The notes beneath the pieces were generated by a model. It searched no databases and was not told where the DNA came from. It saw nothing but the letters and a program-made list of their open reading frames with translations. The position numbers were made by a program, and so were the translations under genes. Positions 12,201 to 21,052 of a DNA stretch of 38,150 nucleotides are shown here, one piece after another; the stretch's first letter is position 1, and each line of letters begins with the position of its first letter. This DNA comes from Macrostomum lignano (taxonomy: Eukaryota), in contig NIVC01004685.1 of NCBI GenBank assembly GCA_002269645.1, forward strand, positions 1 through 38,150, in the 5' to 3' direction.

Positions 12201-15200
12201 AGGGTGCAGAGAAAATAGCTTAGGGTATAGAGTGAATGGATTAGGGTGCAGAGTGAATGAATTAGGGTATAGAGTGCATGGATTAGGGTATAGAGTGAAT
12301 GGATTAGGGTATAGAGTGAATGGATTAGGGTATAGAGTGAATGGGATTACGAACACAAAACTGTTGAATTAAGATAATATTCGAACGGAATAAGAAATAT
12401 TGGCATTGAGCTACAAAGTCAACGGATTGCGCTTTTATCTGTTTCACCTGTTGCTTCTTAAAGTTTTGCTTTAGTCTCAGTATGACTCAGCCAAGCCTTA
12501 CTGCTCTTCAGTACTGGCAGTGGAACGTGGGCGCCATCGGCATTCTGGTAGCCTGGCTCAACCTGGTGCTGTTCATCCGCAAAATGCCCCGGTTCGGCAT
12601 CTACGTTGTCATGTTCACTGACGTGTTCGCCACCTTCTCTCGCTTCTTCCTCGTGTTCTTCCTCTTCGTGGTGTCCTTCAGCTTGACCTTCTTTGTCCTG
12701 CTGCAGAACCAGATCGCTTTCAGCAGTATGGCGAAGACGCTGCTAAAAACATCCGTGATGATGATTGGCGAGTTTGAGTACACGTCAATCTTTGATGAGC
12801 AGTTTAATCCGGATAATTTATACTCACCTGATAGTCAGGTACGTTCAAGTGGGTTTGGTTGGGTTTTTAATAAGGTTTTTTTGCATGGTTAAGATCCTCT
12901 GTATGGCGTGCTTGTTAACCAAATTAGGACCCTAGATTCGGGGTGGTTGTAGCTATTAAGACCCTAGATTTTGAGTGGTTGTAGCTTAGTTAGGACCCTG
13001 GTATTTGGGGTTGGTTGTAGATTAAATAAGACCCTGGATTTTGGGGTTGGTTGTAGATTAAAAAAGACCCTGGATTTTGGGGTTGGTTGCATATTAAATA
13101 AGACCCTGGATTCGGTGTGATTGTAGATTAATTAGGACCCTGGATTTGGAGTTGGTTGTAGATTAATTAGGACCCTGGATTCGGTGTGATTGTAGAATAA
13201 TTAGGACCCTGGATTTTGGGGTTGGTTGTAGATTAATAAGACCCCTAATGTGAAAGCGTTTTAGCCTACTAATTATGATAAAAACATTTTCAGGTATTCT
13301 ACGACGCCTCATCGTACCTGGTGTTCGCATTTTTCATGGTGGTCATGAGCATCATCATCATGAATTTGCTAGTCGGCCTGGCTGTTGACGACATCAAAGC
13401 TGTGCAGGAGCAGGCGTCGCTAAAGCGGCTTGCTATGCAGGTGCAAATTTGTTCATATAAGACTTGACTTGGCTGTATTGCATTGAGTTCGGAATGGAAA
13501 ATCTGTTGCAGGTACATCTAAACAATTTCAGGTTGAATTAGCCCTGGACGTTGAGTCAGTTCTACCTGCAAAAATTTCCCGTCGATTTGTTCTACGATCC
13601 GAGGATTATTATCCCAACCCGCATCACACATGTCAGCTAGGCTTCATCAACCGGCTGCTGTACCGGAAGTGGATGAGCCGGGAGGAGCTGAACGCCGCTC
13701 TCAATCCCGAGCTGAACGAGTGGGAGCGAATCTATCAGAAGCAGGACGAGATGGAGATCAGCATCGCATCGATGAAGACCAAAATGAAAGACTTTCGGGC
13801 CACGACTTACCGTATTGAGGCTATGCTGACGGTGAGCTGGGCTTGAATTCAGATATGAGGCTTTTAAATAGGATTCTCGAGTTGAGACAGCAGCCTAGGG
13901 GTAGGGGTTTGGGGTGTTGGTGCCGCGATAACGGCCTAGGGGTAGGGGTTTGGGGTGTTGGTGCCGCGATAACGGCCTAGGGGTAGGGGTTTGGGGTGTT
14001 GGTGCCGCGATAACGGCCTAGGAGTAGGGGTTTGGGGTGTTGGTGCCGCGATAACGGCCTAGGGGTAGGGGTTTGGGGTGTTGGTGCCGCGATAACGGCC
14101 TAGGGGTAGGGGTTTGGGGTGTTGGTGCCGCGATAACGGCCTAGGAGTAGGGGTTTGGGGTGTTGGTGCCGTGATAACGGCCTAGGAGTAGGGGTTTGGG
14201 GTGTTGGTGCCGTGATAACGGCCTAGGGGTAGGGGTTTGGGGTGTTGGTGCCGTGATAATGGCCTAGGAGTAGGGGTTTGGGGTGTTGGTGCCGTGATAA
14301 CGGCCTAGGGGTAGGGGTTTGGGGTGTTGGTGCCGTGATAACGGCCTAGGGGTAGGGGTTTGGGGTGTTGGTGCCGCGATAACGGCCTAGGGGTAGGGGT
14401 TTGGGGTGTTGGTGCCGTGATAACGGCCTAGGGGTAGGGGTTTGGGGTGTTGGTGCCGTGATAACGGCCTAGGGGTAGGGGTTTGGGGTGTTGGTGCCGT
14501 GATAACGGCCTAGGGGTAGGGGTTTGGGGTGTTGGTGCCGTGATAATGGCCTAGGAGTAGGGGTTTGGGGTGTTGGTGCCGTGATAACGGCCTAGGGGTA
14601 GGGGTTTGGGGTGTTGGTGCCGCGATAACGGCCTAGGGGTAGGGGTTTGGGGTGTTGGTGCCGTGATAACGGCCTAGGGGTAGGGGTTTGGGGTGTTGGT
14701 GCCGTGATAACGGCCTAGGGGTAGGGGTTTGGGGTGTTGGTGCCGTGATAACGGCCTAGGGGTAGGGGTTTGGGGTGTTGGTGCCGTGATAATGGCCTAG
14801 GAGTAGGGGTTTGGGGTGTTGGTGCCGTGATAACGGCCTAGGGGTAGGGGTTTGGGGTGTTGGTGCCGCGAAACGGCCTAGGGGTAGGGGTTTGGGGTGT
14901 TGGTGCCGTGATAACGGCCTAGGAGTAGGGGTTTGGGGTGTTGGTGCCGTGATAATGGCCTAGGAGTAGGGGTTTGGGGTGTTGGTGCCGTGATAACGGC
15001 CTAGGGGTAGGGGTTTGGGGTGTTGGTGCCGCGATAACGGCCTAGGGGTAGGGGTTTGGGGTGTTGGTGCCGTGATAATGGCCTAGGAGTAGGGGTTTGG
15101 GGTGTTGGTGCCGTGATAACGGCCTAGGGGTAGGGGTTTGGGGTGTTGGTGCCGTGATAACGGCCTAGGGGTAGGGGTTTGGGGTGTTGGTGCCGTGATA

Positions 15201-15839
15201 ACGGCCTAGGGGTAGGGGTTTGGGGTGTTGGTGCCGTGATAATGGCCTAGGAGTAGGGGTTTGGGGTGTTGGTGCCGTGATAACGGCCTAGGGGTAGGGG
15301 TTTGGGGTGTTGGTGCCGTGATAACGGCCTAGGGGTAGGGGTTTGGGGTGTTGGTGCCGCGATAACGGCCTAGGGGTAGGGGTTTGGGGTGTTGGTGCCG
15401 TGATAACGGCCTAGGGGTAGGGGTTTGGGGTGTTGGTGCCGTGATAACGGCCTAGGGGTAGGGGTTTGGGGTGTTGGTGCCGTGATAACGGCCTAGGGGT
15501 AGGGGTTTGGGGTGTTGGTGCCGTGATAACGGCCTAGGGGTAGGGGTTTGGGGTGTTGGTGCCGTGATAACGGCCTAGTGGTAGGGGTTTGGGGTGTTGG
15601 TGCCGCGATAACGGCCTAGGGGTAGGGGTTTGGGGTGTTGGTGCCCTCTGTCCTGGCCTAGGGATTTCGAGAGTGAGTTTGTGTTGAGATATCGTTTTTT
15701 TTTAATAAAATGACGCAAACTGCAGGCGGTGGTCCACAAGCTGGGCATCAACCAGGAGCTGGCGCACAGCCTCAACAACGACCCGGGAGACGACAGCGCC
15801 GACGATAAAGAGATGGAAAAGCTGCTTGTTGAGCTCTAG
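292..15839 (+). CDS. TRPA1: TRPA-family (TRPA1-like) ankyrin-repeat transient receptor potential cation channel, 5'-partial, 13 exons in window, apparent 1-bp frameshift at ~340
   Basis: Manual splice reconstruction with all introns GT-AG: 292-630, 3156-3285, 5748-5993, 6517-6632, 7184-7497, 8222-8512, 9597-9970, 10447-10768, 11592-11723, 12512-12838, 13294-13440, 13532-13831, 15726-15839 (TAG). The total is 3152 nt, and all phases are consistent once one base is restored at 340/341 (about 1050 aa). It has at least 13 ankyrin motifs ([91 protein letters not shown]). These are followed by a linker ([12 protein letters not shown]...NHPLMVMV...[18 protein letters not shown]), TM segments, a pore (VMMIGEFEY), S6/TRP-like helix ([35 protein letters not shown]) and a C-terminal coiled coil. 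The family call is secure; exact orthology to vertebrate TRPA1 is not. Confidence 0.93.
1130..1740 (+). repeat. Intronic minisatellite, ~50-bp unit CTCTGCGGCCCACCCCACTCCTCAGCATTCCTTGCCATAAAATTCTGCCC
   Basis: About 12 diverged copies, with gradual sequence drift along the array. Confidence 0.95.
1891..1959 (+). promoter_or_regulatory. Candidate intronic core promoter / non-coding first exon (YY1-like and ETS-like motifs followed by a GTGAGT donor)
   Basis: AAAATGGCG at 1891-1899, ACTTCCGGT at 1932-1940 and TTG|GTGAGT at 1954. Motif match only. Confidence 0.25.
2251..2283 (+). repeat. (CTG)n microsatellite
   Basis: CTG x9, then CTA, CTG. Confidence 0.95.
2576..3032. promoter_or_regulatory. 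Candidate MEF2/CRE motif cluster in TRPA intron
   Basis: CTAAAAATAG at 2576, 2611 and 3023; near-match CTAAAATAG at 2979; TGACGTCA at 2992; TGACATCA at 2590. Motif match only. Confidence 0.25.
3413..4325 (+). repeat. Intronic minisatellite, 17-19-bp unit CTGATCCCATTCTCCCA
   Basis: Direct tandem repetition in the TRPA intron 3286-5747. Confidence 0.95.
4326..5655 (+). repeat. Intronic 10-bp satellite ACAGATCC(C/T)A with higher-order blocks
   Basis: About 130 units. The variant block GATCCCTACAGATCCGTACAGATCCCAGCAG recurs. It directly abuts the preceding array. Confidence 0.95.
6648..6928 (+). repeat. Intronic minisatellite, 28-bp unit CCATTCCCAGATCCCCATCTCAGTTATC
   Basis: About 10 near-identical copies, starting about 15 nt after the donor at 6633. 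Confidence 0.95.
7508..8125 (+). repeat. Intronic minisatellite, 15-bp unit CCCCGATTCTCCC(C/G)T
   Basis: About 40 copies filling most of intron 7498-8221. Confidence 0.95.
8527..9530 (+). repeat. Intronic minisatellite, 19-bp unit CACTCCC(A/T)ACCCTCGGTGT (first units CACTCCCGATCTTCAGTGT)
   Basis: About 52 copies filling intron 8513-9596. This array is the source of the 506-, 552- and 331-aa pseudo-ORFs. Confidence 0.96.
9981..10426 (+). repeat. Intronic hexamer satellite (G/A)CATCC
   Basis: Fills intron 9971-10446 and contains an internal duplicated block (CATAGAATCCCATCC). Confidence 0.95.
11751..12345 (+). repeat. Intronic minisatellite, 21/26-bp unit AGAGTGAATGGATTAGGGT(ATACTGT), with TTAGGG in most units
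   Basis: Direct repetition in intron 11724-12511. Confidence 0.95.
12927..13246 (+). repeat. Intronic minisatellite, ~36-bp unit GACCCTGGATTTTGGGGTTGGTTGTAGATTAAATAA
   Basis: About 9 diverged copies in intron 12839-13293. Confidence 0.93.
13894..15645 (+). repeat. Intronic G-rich minisatellite, 41-bp unit GGCCTAGGGGTAGGGGTTTGGGGTGTTGGTGCCGTGATAAC
   Basis: About 43 highly homogeneous head-to-tail copies with no spacers, in the last TRPA intron. Confidence 0.97.
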
Positions 15840-16351
15840 ATACTCAATTTGAGTTTTGATTTTTATTGCAATATTCTGCCTAATGCCTAATATTAATCAA
15901 TAGTTAAGCGCCCTTAAGCTACTAATTTTCCTCATTCAATTTTCGCTGACTTGGCTCTGGCTTTATCTTAAGTGGAATGTTTTTCAACCTTGCATATTCT
16001 GGTCACAGTTTATTAGCAATTGTATCTTATAACTATTTGAAGTTTTTGTGTAGCCTAGACTTTGTTTTTATAATATTTATTCACAATTGCTCATATTAAT
16101 TCGTCCTACATGTACTTTATAGTTGCTTTAATAGCCTGTTTGTTGCAAGCTTCCAGAAAGTTTAGTTATAACTGACGTGTACACGCATGCAGTCTCTGCG
16201 CTGTTGTCGATTTTCGAATATTTTATCCTTTTTATTATTTACGCAGCGTTGCGTTGCACAAGTATACACGAATATCTTATTTACATGTATACTGTTGGTG
16301 TCAAGCGTAATTAAGTCATATGCCTAAATCTAAATATACTACATCTCTAAT

Positions 16352-16480
16352 ATTTGTTTGTCGGTATCTATCTACGATTTCAGAAAAAAACGGCTCAACC
16401 GATTTTCTTCAAGCTTGCACCATTCGATCAGAAATTTCGCATCCAAGAGAAGGAACCGATTGAAAGGGTTGGAAATAAAA
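16352..16480 (+). mobile_element. Possible degenerate Helentron/HINE (DINE-like) fragment
   Basis: A TTTGTTTGTC microsatellite-like start is followed by AAAAACGGCTCAACCGATTTTCTTCAA, which resembles the conserved core of DINE/HINE elements as I recall it. No termini were identified. Confidence 0.25.
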
Positions 16481-16662
16481 GTCGGAGTCCATCGCCTTTG
16501 AATGCAGAGTGGACTTTCATTTATCAGTATCGAGCGCTTCATCTGACGGATTTCTTCGCGTTGAAACAAAATAATCAGTTATCAAAGTTGCTTTCAAAAC
16601 CTCTTGGGCGCTCGATTTTGCAAGTTTCAGCAGCCATCTTCCATGCCATCATGCTGGTGCTG

Positions 16663-17693
16663 CTACAGAAGCAGCATCTCGATCTCCTTCAGCGAGTAGT
16701 AGTAGCCAAAAGTTTTCCTCCAAATGACTCCCTCTGCAAAAACACCTCCAATGGCTGCAGATGAGTTTTTGTACTCTCCATTCAGGTGGGCGCAGTGACA
16801 GTTGCTGAACCACCAGGCTCCTTTGAACTTCGTTGCGCAGTTGCTAGCGGTGGTGTCGTAGTCGGCGTCCTTGGAGCTGAACTGCATGCCGCTGTGACCC
16901 GTGAGGCAGTCGCCAATGGCGGCGCTGCCCGAGAAGCCGGACACACTCAGCCGGTAGTTGTCGGACTCGGGACCCACGGAGAAGCTGGAGTACTCAGCCC
17001 AGTGCTCAGAGTCGTTCCACGCCTTCATCAGAATCCTCAGCTTCCGAGGACCAGAAGCAGTGAGGGCGTGGAGAGAGTTCAGGCCTGGGAAGATGCGGAC
17101 ATCATGGCGGTGTTTGTCATTGAAATCTGAGTCAGAAAAGGAAGCGAATGGAGCAGATCTGGGATGCACTCACCGATCCAGTAGTTTCCGTCGGGTCCCT
17201 CGCCGAACTCGCTCTGGTACTGAGTCCAGTTGCGGTAAAAGTCCACTGAGCCAGACACCCTGTGCTGCACGGTGGTCCAGCAGTCACTGTCGGTAGTCTG
17301 CAAGGTGACGCAGGTGTGCCAGCTTTTCTACTCTGCGTTAAGGCTGCCGTTACGCTTGACATGTCTAACAGTAACAGAGTGACTCACCCACACTCGCTGA
17401 GCTCCCTTGTTCGCATTGCGGCACTTCCTGCAGTGGCTCAGGCCCAGGCGGCACCTGAAGTGATCGCACAGGCCGAAGCTGGCGTTGAACGCCACCAGCT
17501 GCACAGTGGAGCCGCTGGCAGCTGCTGAGCACTCGATTTCGGACTCAGCGGAGAGCGACCTCACGGCCCCGTAGTCCGAGAGGCTCTCGTGGCCAAGAGA
17601 CCACTTTCGCTCAACCGATGCGGCCTCGGGTGCAGGGGGCTGCATTGCCATCAGCAAAAGCAGAGCGGCATCGATCACTATGTACTTTTTCAT
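16663..17693 (-). CDS. Secreted fibrinogen C-terminal domain protein (FReD; ficolin/tachylectin-like) with N-terminal Cys-containing module
   Basis: Exons (minus strand): 17693-17388, 17297-17174, 17084-16663 (TAG), with about 90-nt GT-AG introns. Splicing restores the canonical WI-G-LNSLH motif. FBG motifs: [82 protein letters not shown]. The N-terminus [17 protein letters not shown] is hydrophobic and signal-peptide-like. An alternative in-frame start lies at 17723. Confidence 0.9.
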
Positions 17694-18229
17694 CGTGTTT
17701 TCCTGGAATTCATTCGGTGACAATGTTTTACTATAGTTGGTTACTAACCAGTAAAAAACCAGATAGAGGTGAATGTTGAGCAGGGATTGCAGACCAGCTG
17801 TGTCTCGCTCACTCTCTCTAGGCTTATCTCAAGAACCGCCGCGCGACCCCAAATATTTTTGGGCTTCTTTTTAAAGCAACGCCAGTCCTCACAGCATGAC
17901 GTGAAGGCCCATAGCAACAAGCGATGGAGTCCTGGGATGAGGCAGTAGAAAACGCCTGCCTCAAGCTTGTCTTGCATCTTACCTGGAAACTCATGAAGAA
18001 AGAATCACTACAAAGTAATGTAATGAAATAATTGACAAGCTCTTGGATCTGTCAGTTAGGGTTCAAGGGCTACCAGGAATATACTTATTAAAAAAAGATA
18101 AACATTTATACTCAAATCCACGTGGCTGACTGTTTGTTCAGGCACTTTAGCGCACCTGCGAGTGCGGTAGAAGAGGTTAAAGAGTTTTTACTTAAGTACT
18201 GTTTGCATCTTACACCTGTCAGTAACCGG

Positions 18230-18660
18230 GTGGAATTGCTGAGATGTCAATACTTACAGGGGGAATTGCTGACATGTCAAGGCTTACTGGGGGAATTGCT
18301 AAGATGCCAATGCTTACGGGGGGAATTGCTAAGATGCCAATGCTTACGGGGGGATTTGCTAAGATGTCAAGGCTTGGGGAATTGCTGAGATGTCAAGTCT
18401 TGGGGAATTGCTGAGATGCCAAGGCTTGGGGAATTGCTGAGATGTCAAGGCTTGGGGAATTGCTGAGATGTCAAGTCTTGAAGGAATTGCTATGAAGTCA
18501 AGGCTGACAGGGGGAATTGCTGAGATGTCAATGCTGACAGGGGGGTGAATTGCTGAGATGGCAAGGCTTAAGGGGGATTGCTAAGATGTCAAGGCTTACG
18601 GGGGGAACTGCTGAGATGTCAAGGCTTACGGGGGGGGGGAATTGCTAAGATATAAAGGCT
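18230..18660 (+). repeat. Degenerate minisatellite, ~26-31-bp unit GGGGAATTGCTGAGATGTCAAGGCTT
   Basis: Direct repetition upstream of the FReD gene. Confidence 0.93.
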
Positions 18661-19100
18661 GAGGTCAGAAGCTACATTAGTTTATCTAAGTTTTCATGAC
18701 ATTCTTTGGTGGCGTAGATTGCTAGTCTTTTCTTTATTTTTGGATTCGAAAGTTGTCATTTTTTGCCAAACTCAACGCGTGAATTGACGTACTATCAGTC
18801 AGTTGGCTCCGAGGGCCAATCGCCAAGGCAGGGACAAAGACCACTGTAGTATAACAGGAGGACGTTAAACTATTTAAAGATCGTATTGAGGCCAATTTCC
18901 TGAAAAAATACACTGCGGGGAAAGGAAAAAATCATTTTTTCATGAAACTTTCACTCCACAGCTATATAAAATACAAGAGTAACAAGTTGTACATGCTAAA
19001 TTACATGCCTCACATGCCTCACATTACATGCCTGCGCCCAAACCATGCTCATTTCAGTAGTAAGTTAAACTGAAGCATTCTAAAGTGTTTTTAAAGACAA

Positions 19101-19215
19101 GGGGCCCGTTCTATAAAGCCATCGTAAGATAAGATCGTCCTTAGCTCCTATCTCCGCAGTGTAAAAGTTCCGACGTACGTTCGAACTTACGCTACGAGCT
19201 TTATAGTACGACCCC
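19101..19215. mobile_element. Small MITE-like inverted-repeat element (~115 bp), possibly PIF/Harbinger-type
   Basis: GGGGCCCGTTCTATAAAGC at the left end and GCTTTATAGTACGACCCC at the right end form imperfect ~18-bp TIRs. The TSD is ambiguous (CAAG on both sides if the element is 19102-19214). Confidence 0.5.
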
Positions 19216-20094
19216 AAGGCGTATTTATTGGCCCTCTACCCCCGCCCTGCCGCCCATTTTCATTACCTTCCTCGGTTGTTCCAGCCTAAATCTGCCCTGT
19301 ACATTTCAGTGGCCAATGTACATAATGGCTGAACCAATTAGCAAGCTGTTGAAGTCTCTCAGCTGCCTTTATTTTTATAAAATAGCTTATGTATTCTTCA
19401 TTGCTACTGAACTGAAAGTAGAAAGCTGTTTTGCTAAGTATATATGCTTGAGTGGCCCCATCTGCGGGACATCTGAGACCAGGACATAATTGATGAAAAA
19501 TGAACAATAAACACAATGCTTCCAATTTTTTTTCGTTTTCAACCATAGGCGGCTGTCATTGCCGATGCCCGCGCGTGCTAACAGACATCATTGTTATTTC
19601 ATAATTTTATTGCCTATCATTCGAATTAGACAGACTAAAAACGGCTCAAAGCGTTACAGACTTGCGATACAGTAGAATGCGCAGCACAGAGATGGAAAGT
19701 TGGGCACGCGACAGCTGCAAGCTTATATAAGTGCATTAGGGACTTATTTAGCGTACCGAGCTCGTAGAATATAAAATAACGGCTTGTTCAAAGAAACAAC
19801 GGCTCCTAGACGTACTACTGCCGTTTCCGTTAAGAAGTAGTGCCTGATGAGTTTCATTACTTGTTTATTTCAATATTTTTTGTAGTTTTTTTTCGAACAC
19901 AACACTTTGAATGGCGAAAAAGCATTTCTGCTTTGCATAATTAATTTTGAATGCCAAACAGGCCGTTGAGAGTTTGCAATGCGAAATTTACGAACCGGGG
20001 TCAAACGAGTTGAAACTAGTGGCACTGGGCGACAGACTATACTTACCAGGGCAGTGTCCTGGTTTGTGGTAAAACGGCAGTTCTTAAGGTTTGG

Positions 20095-20825
20095 GACCGA
20101 TTTTCAAGAGGAAGGCGATTTTATCGGATAGGAGGGCGATTTTATCGGATAGGAGGGCGATTTTATCGGATGGGGGGCGATTTTATCGGATAGGAGGGCG
20201 ATTTTATCGGATAGGAGGGCGATTTTATCGGATGGGGGGGGCGATTTTATCGGATAGGAGGGCGATTTTATCGGATAGGAGGGCGATTTTATCGGATGGG
20301 GGGGGGGCGATTTTATCGGATAGGAGGGCGATTTTATCGGATAGGAGGGCGATTTTATCGGATAGGAGGGCGATTTTATCGGATAGGAGGGCGATTTTAT
20401 CGGATAGGAGGGCGATTTTATCGGATGGGGGGCGATTTTATCGGATAGGAGGGCGATTTTATCGGATAGGAGGGCGATTTTATCGGATGGGGGGGCGATT
20501 TTATCGGATAGGAGGGCGATTTTATCGGATGGGGGGCGATTTTATCGGATGGGGGGCGATTTTATCGGAAAGGAGGGTGATTTTATCGGATGGGGGCGAT
20601 TTTATCGGATGGAGGGCGATTTTATCGGACGGGGGGATTTTATCGGATGGGGGCGATTTTATCGGATAGGAGGGCGATTTTATCGGATGGGGGGCGATTT
20701 TATCGGATGGGGGCGATTTTATCGGATGGGGGGCGATTTTATCGGATAGGAGGGCGATTTTATCGGATATAAGGGCGATTTTATTCGATGGGAGGGCGAT
20801 TCTATCAGATGGGAGGGCGATTCTG
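20095..20825 (+). repeat. Minisatellite, 21-bp unit TTTTATCGGATAGGAGGGCGA
   Basis: About 35 copies with poly-G length variants, downstream of the CCAR1 stop. Confidence 0.95.
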
Positions 20826-21052
20826 TGATAGAGATATTCACAGATATCCAGATGGAGGTTAGAGTCGAAGAGGGCAGAGACCCAGTCGCTGTTACAATTG
20901 GGGGCTGCTGCGGGGTACGAAGAAGCAGCGGCACAAGCAAAGAACAACAGAAAACAACAGGCAAAAAAGCAACAACTGTCTTAATCCTACAATACACGTT
21001 CGGCCATCAGGTTTCCAATGCCGACGATAAATACCGGTTGCCGGGTGGCGGG

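Noticed and set aside
13512-13531. Alternative upstream acceptor TTGCAG|GTACAT before TRPA exon 13532
   Set aside because: It would add 20 nt and shift the frame within the conserved [11 protein letters not shown] motif.
13894-15645. CRISPR-like regular 41-bp repeats
   Set aside because: Units are head-to-tail with no unique spacers and no cas genes, inside a spliceosomal intron. The same applies to the other arrays.
17085-17169. ORF-track N-terminus [28 protein letters not shown] for the FReD protein
   Set aside because: It is intron read-through. The acceptor at 17085 restores the canonical WIGLNSLH motif.
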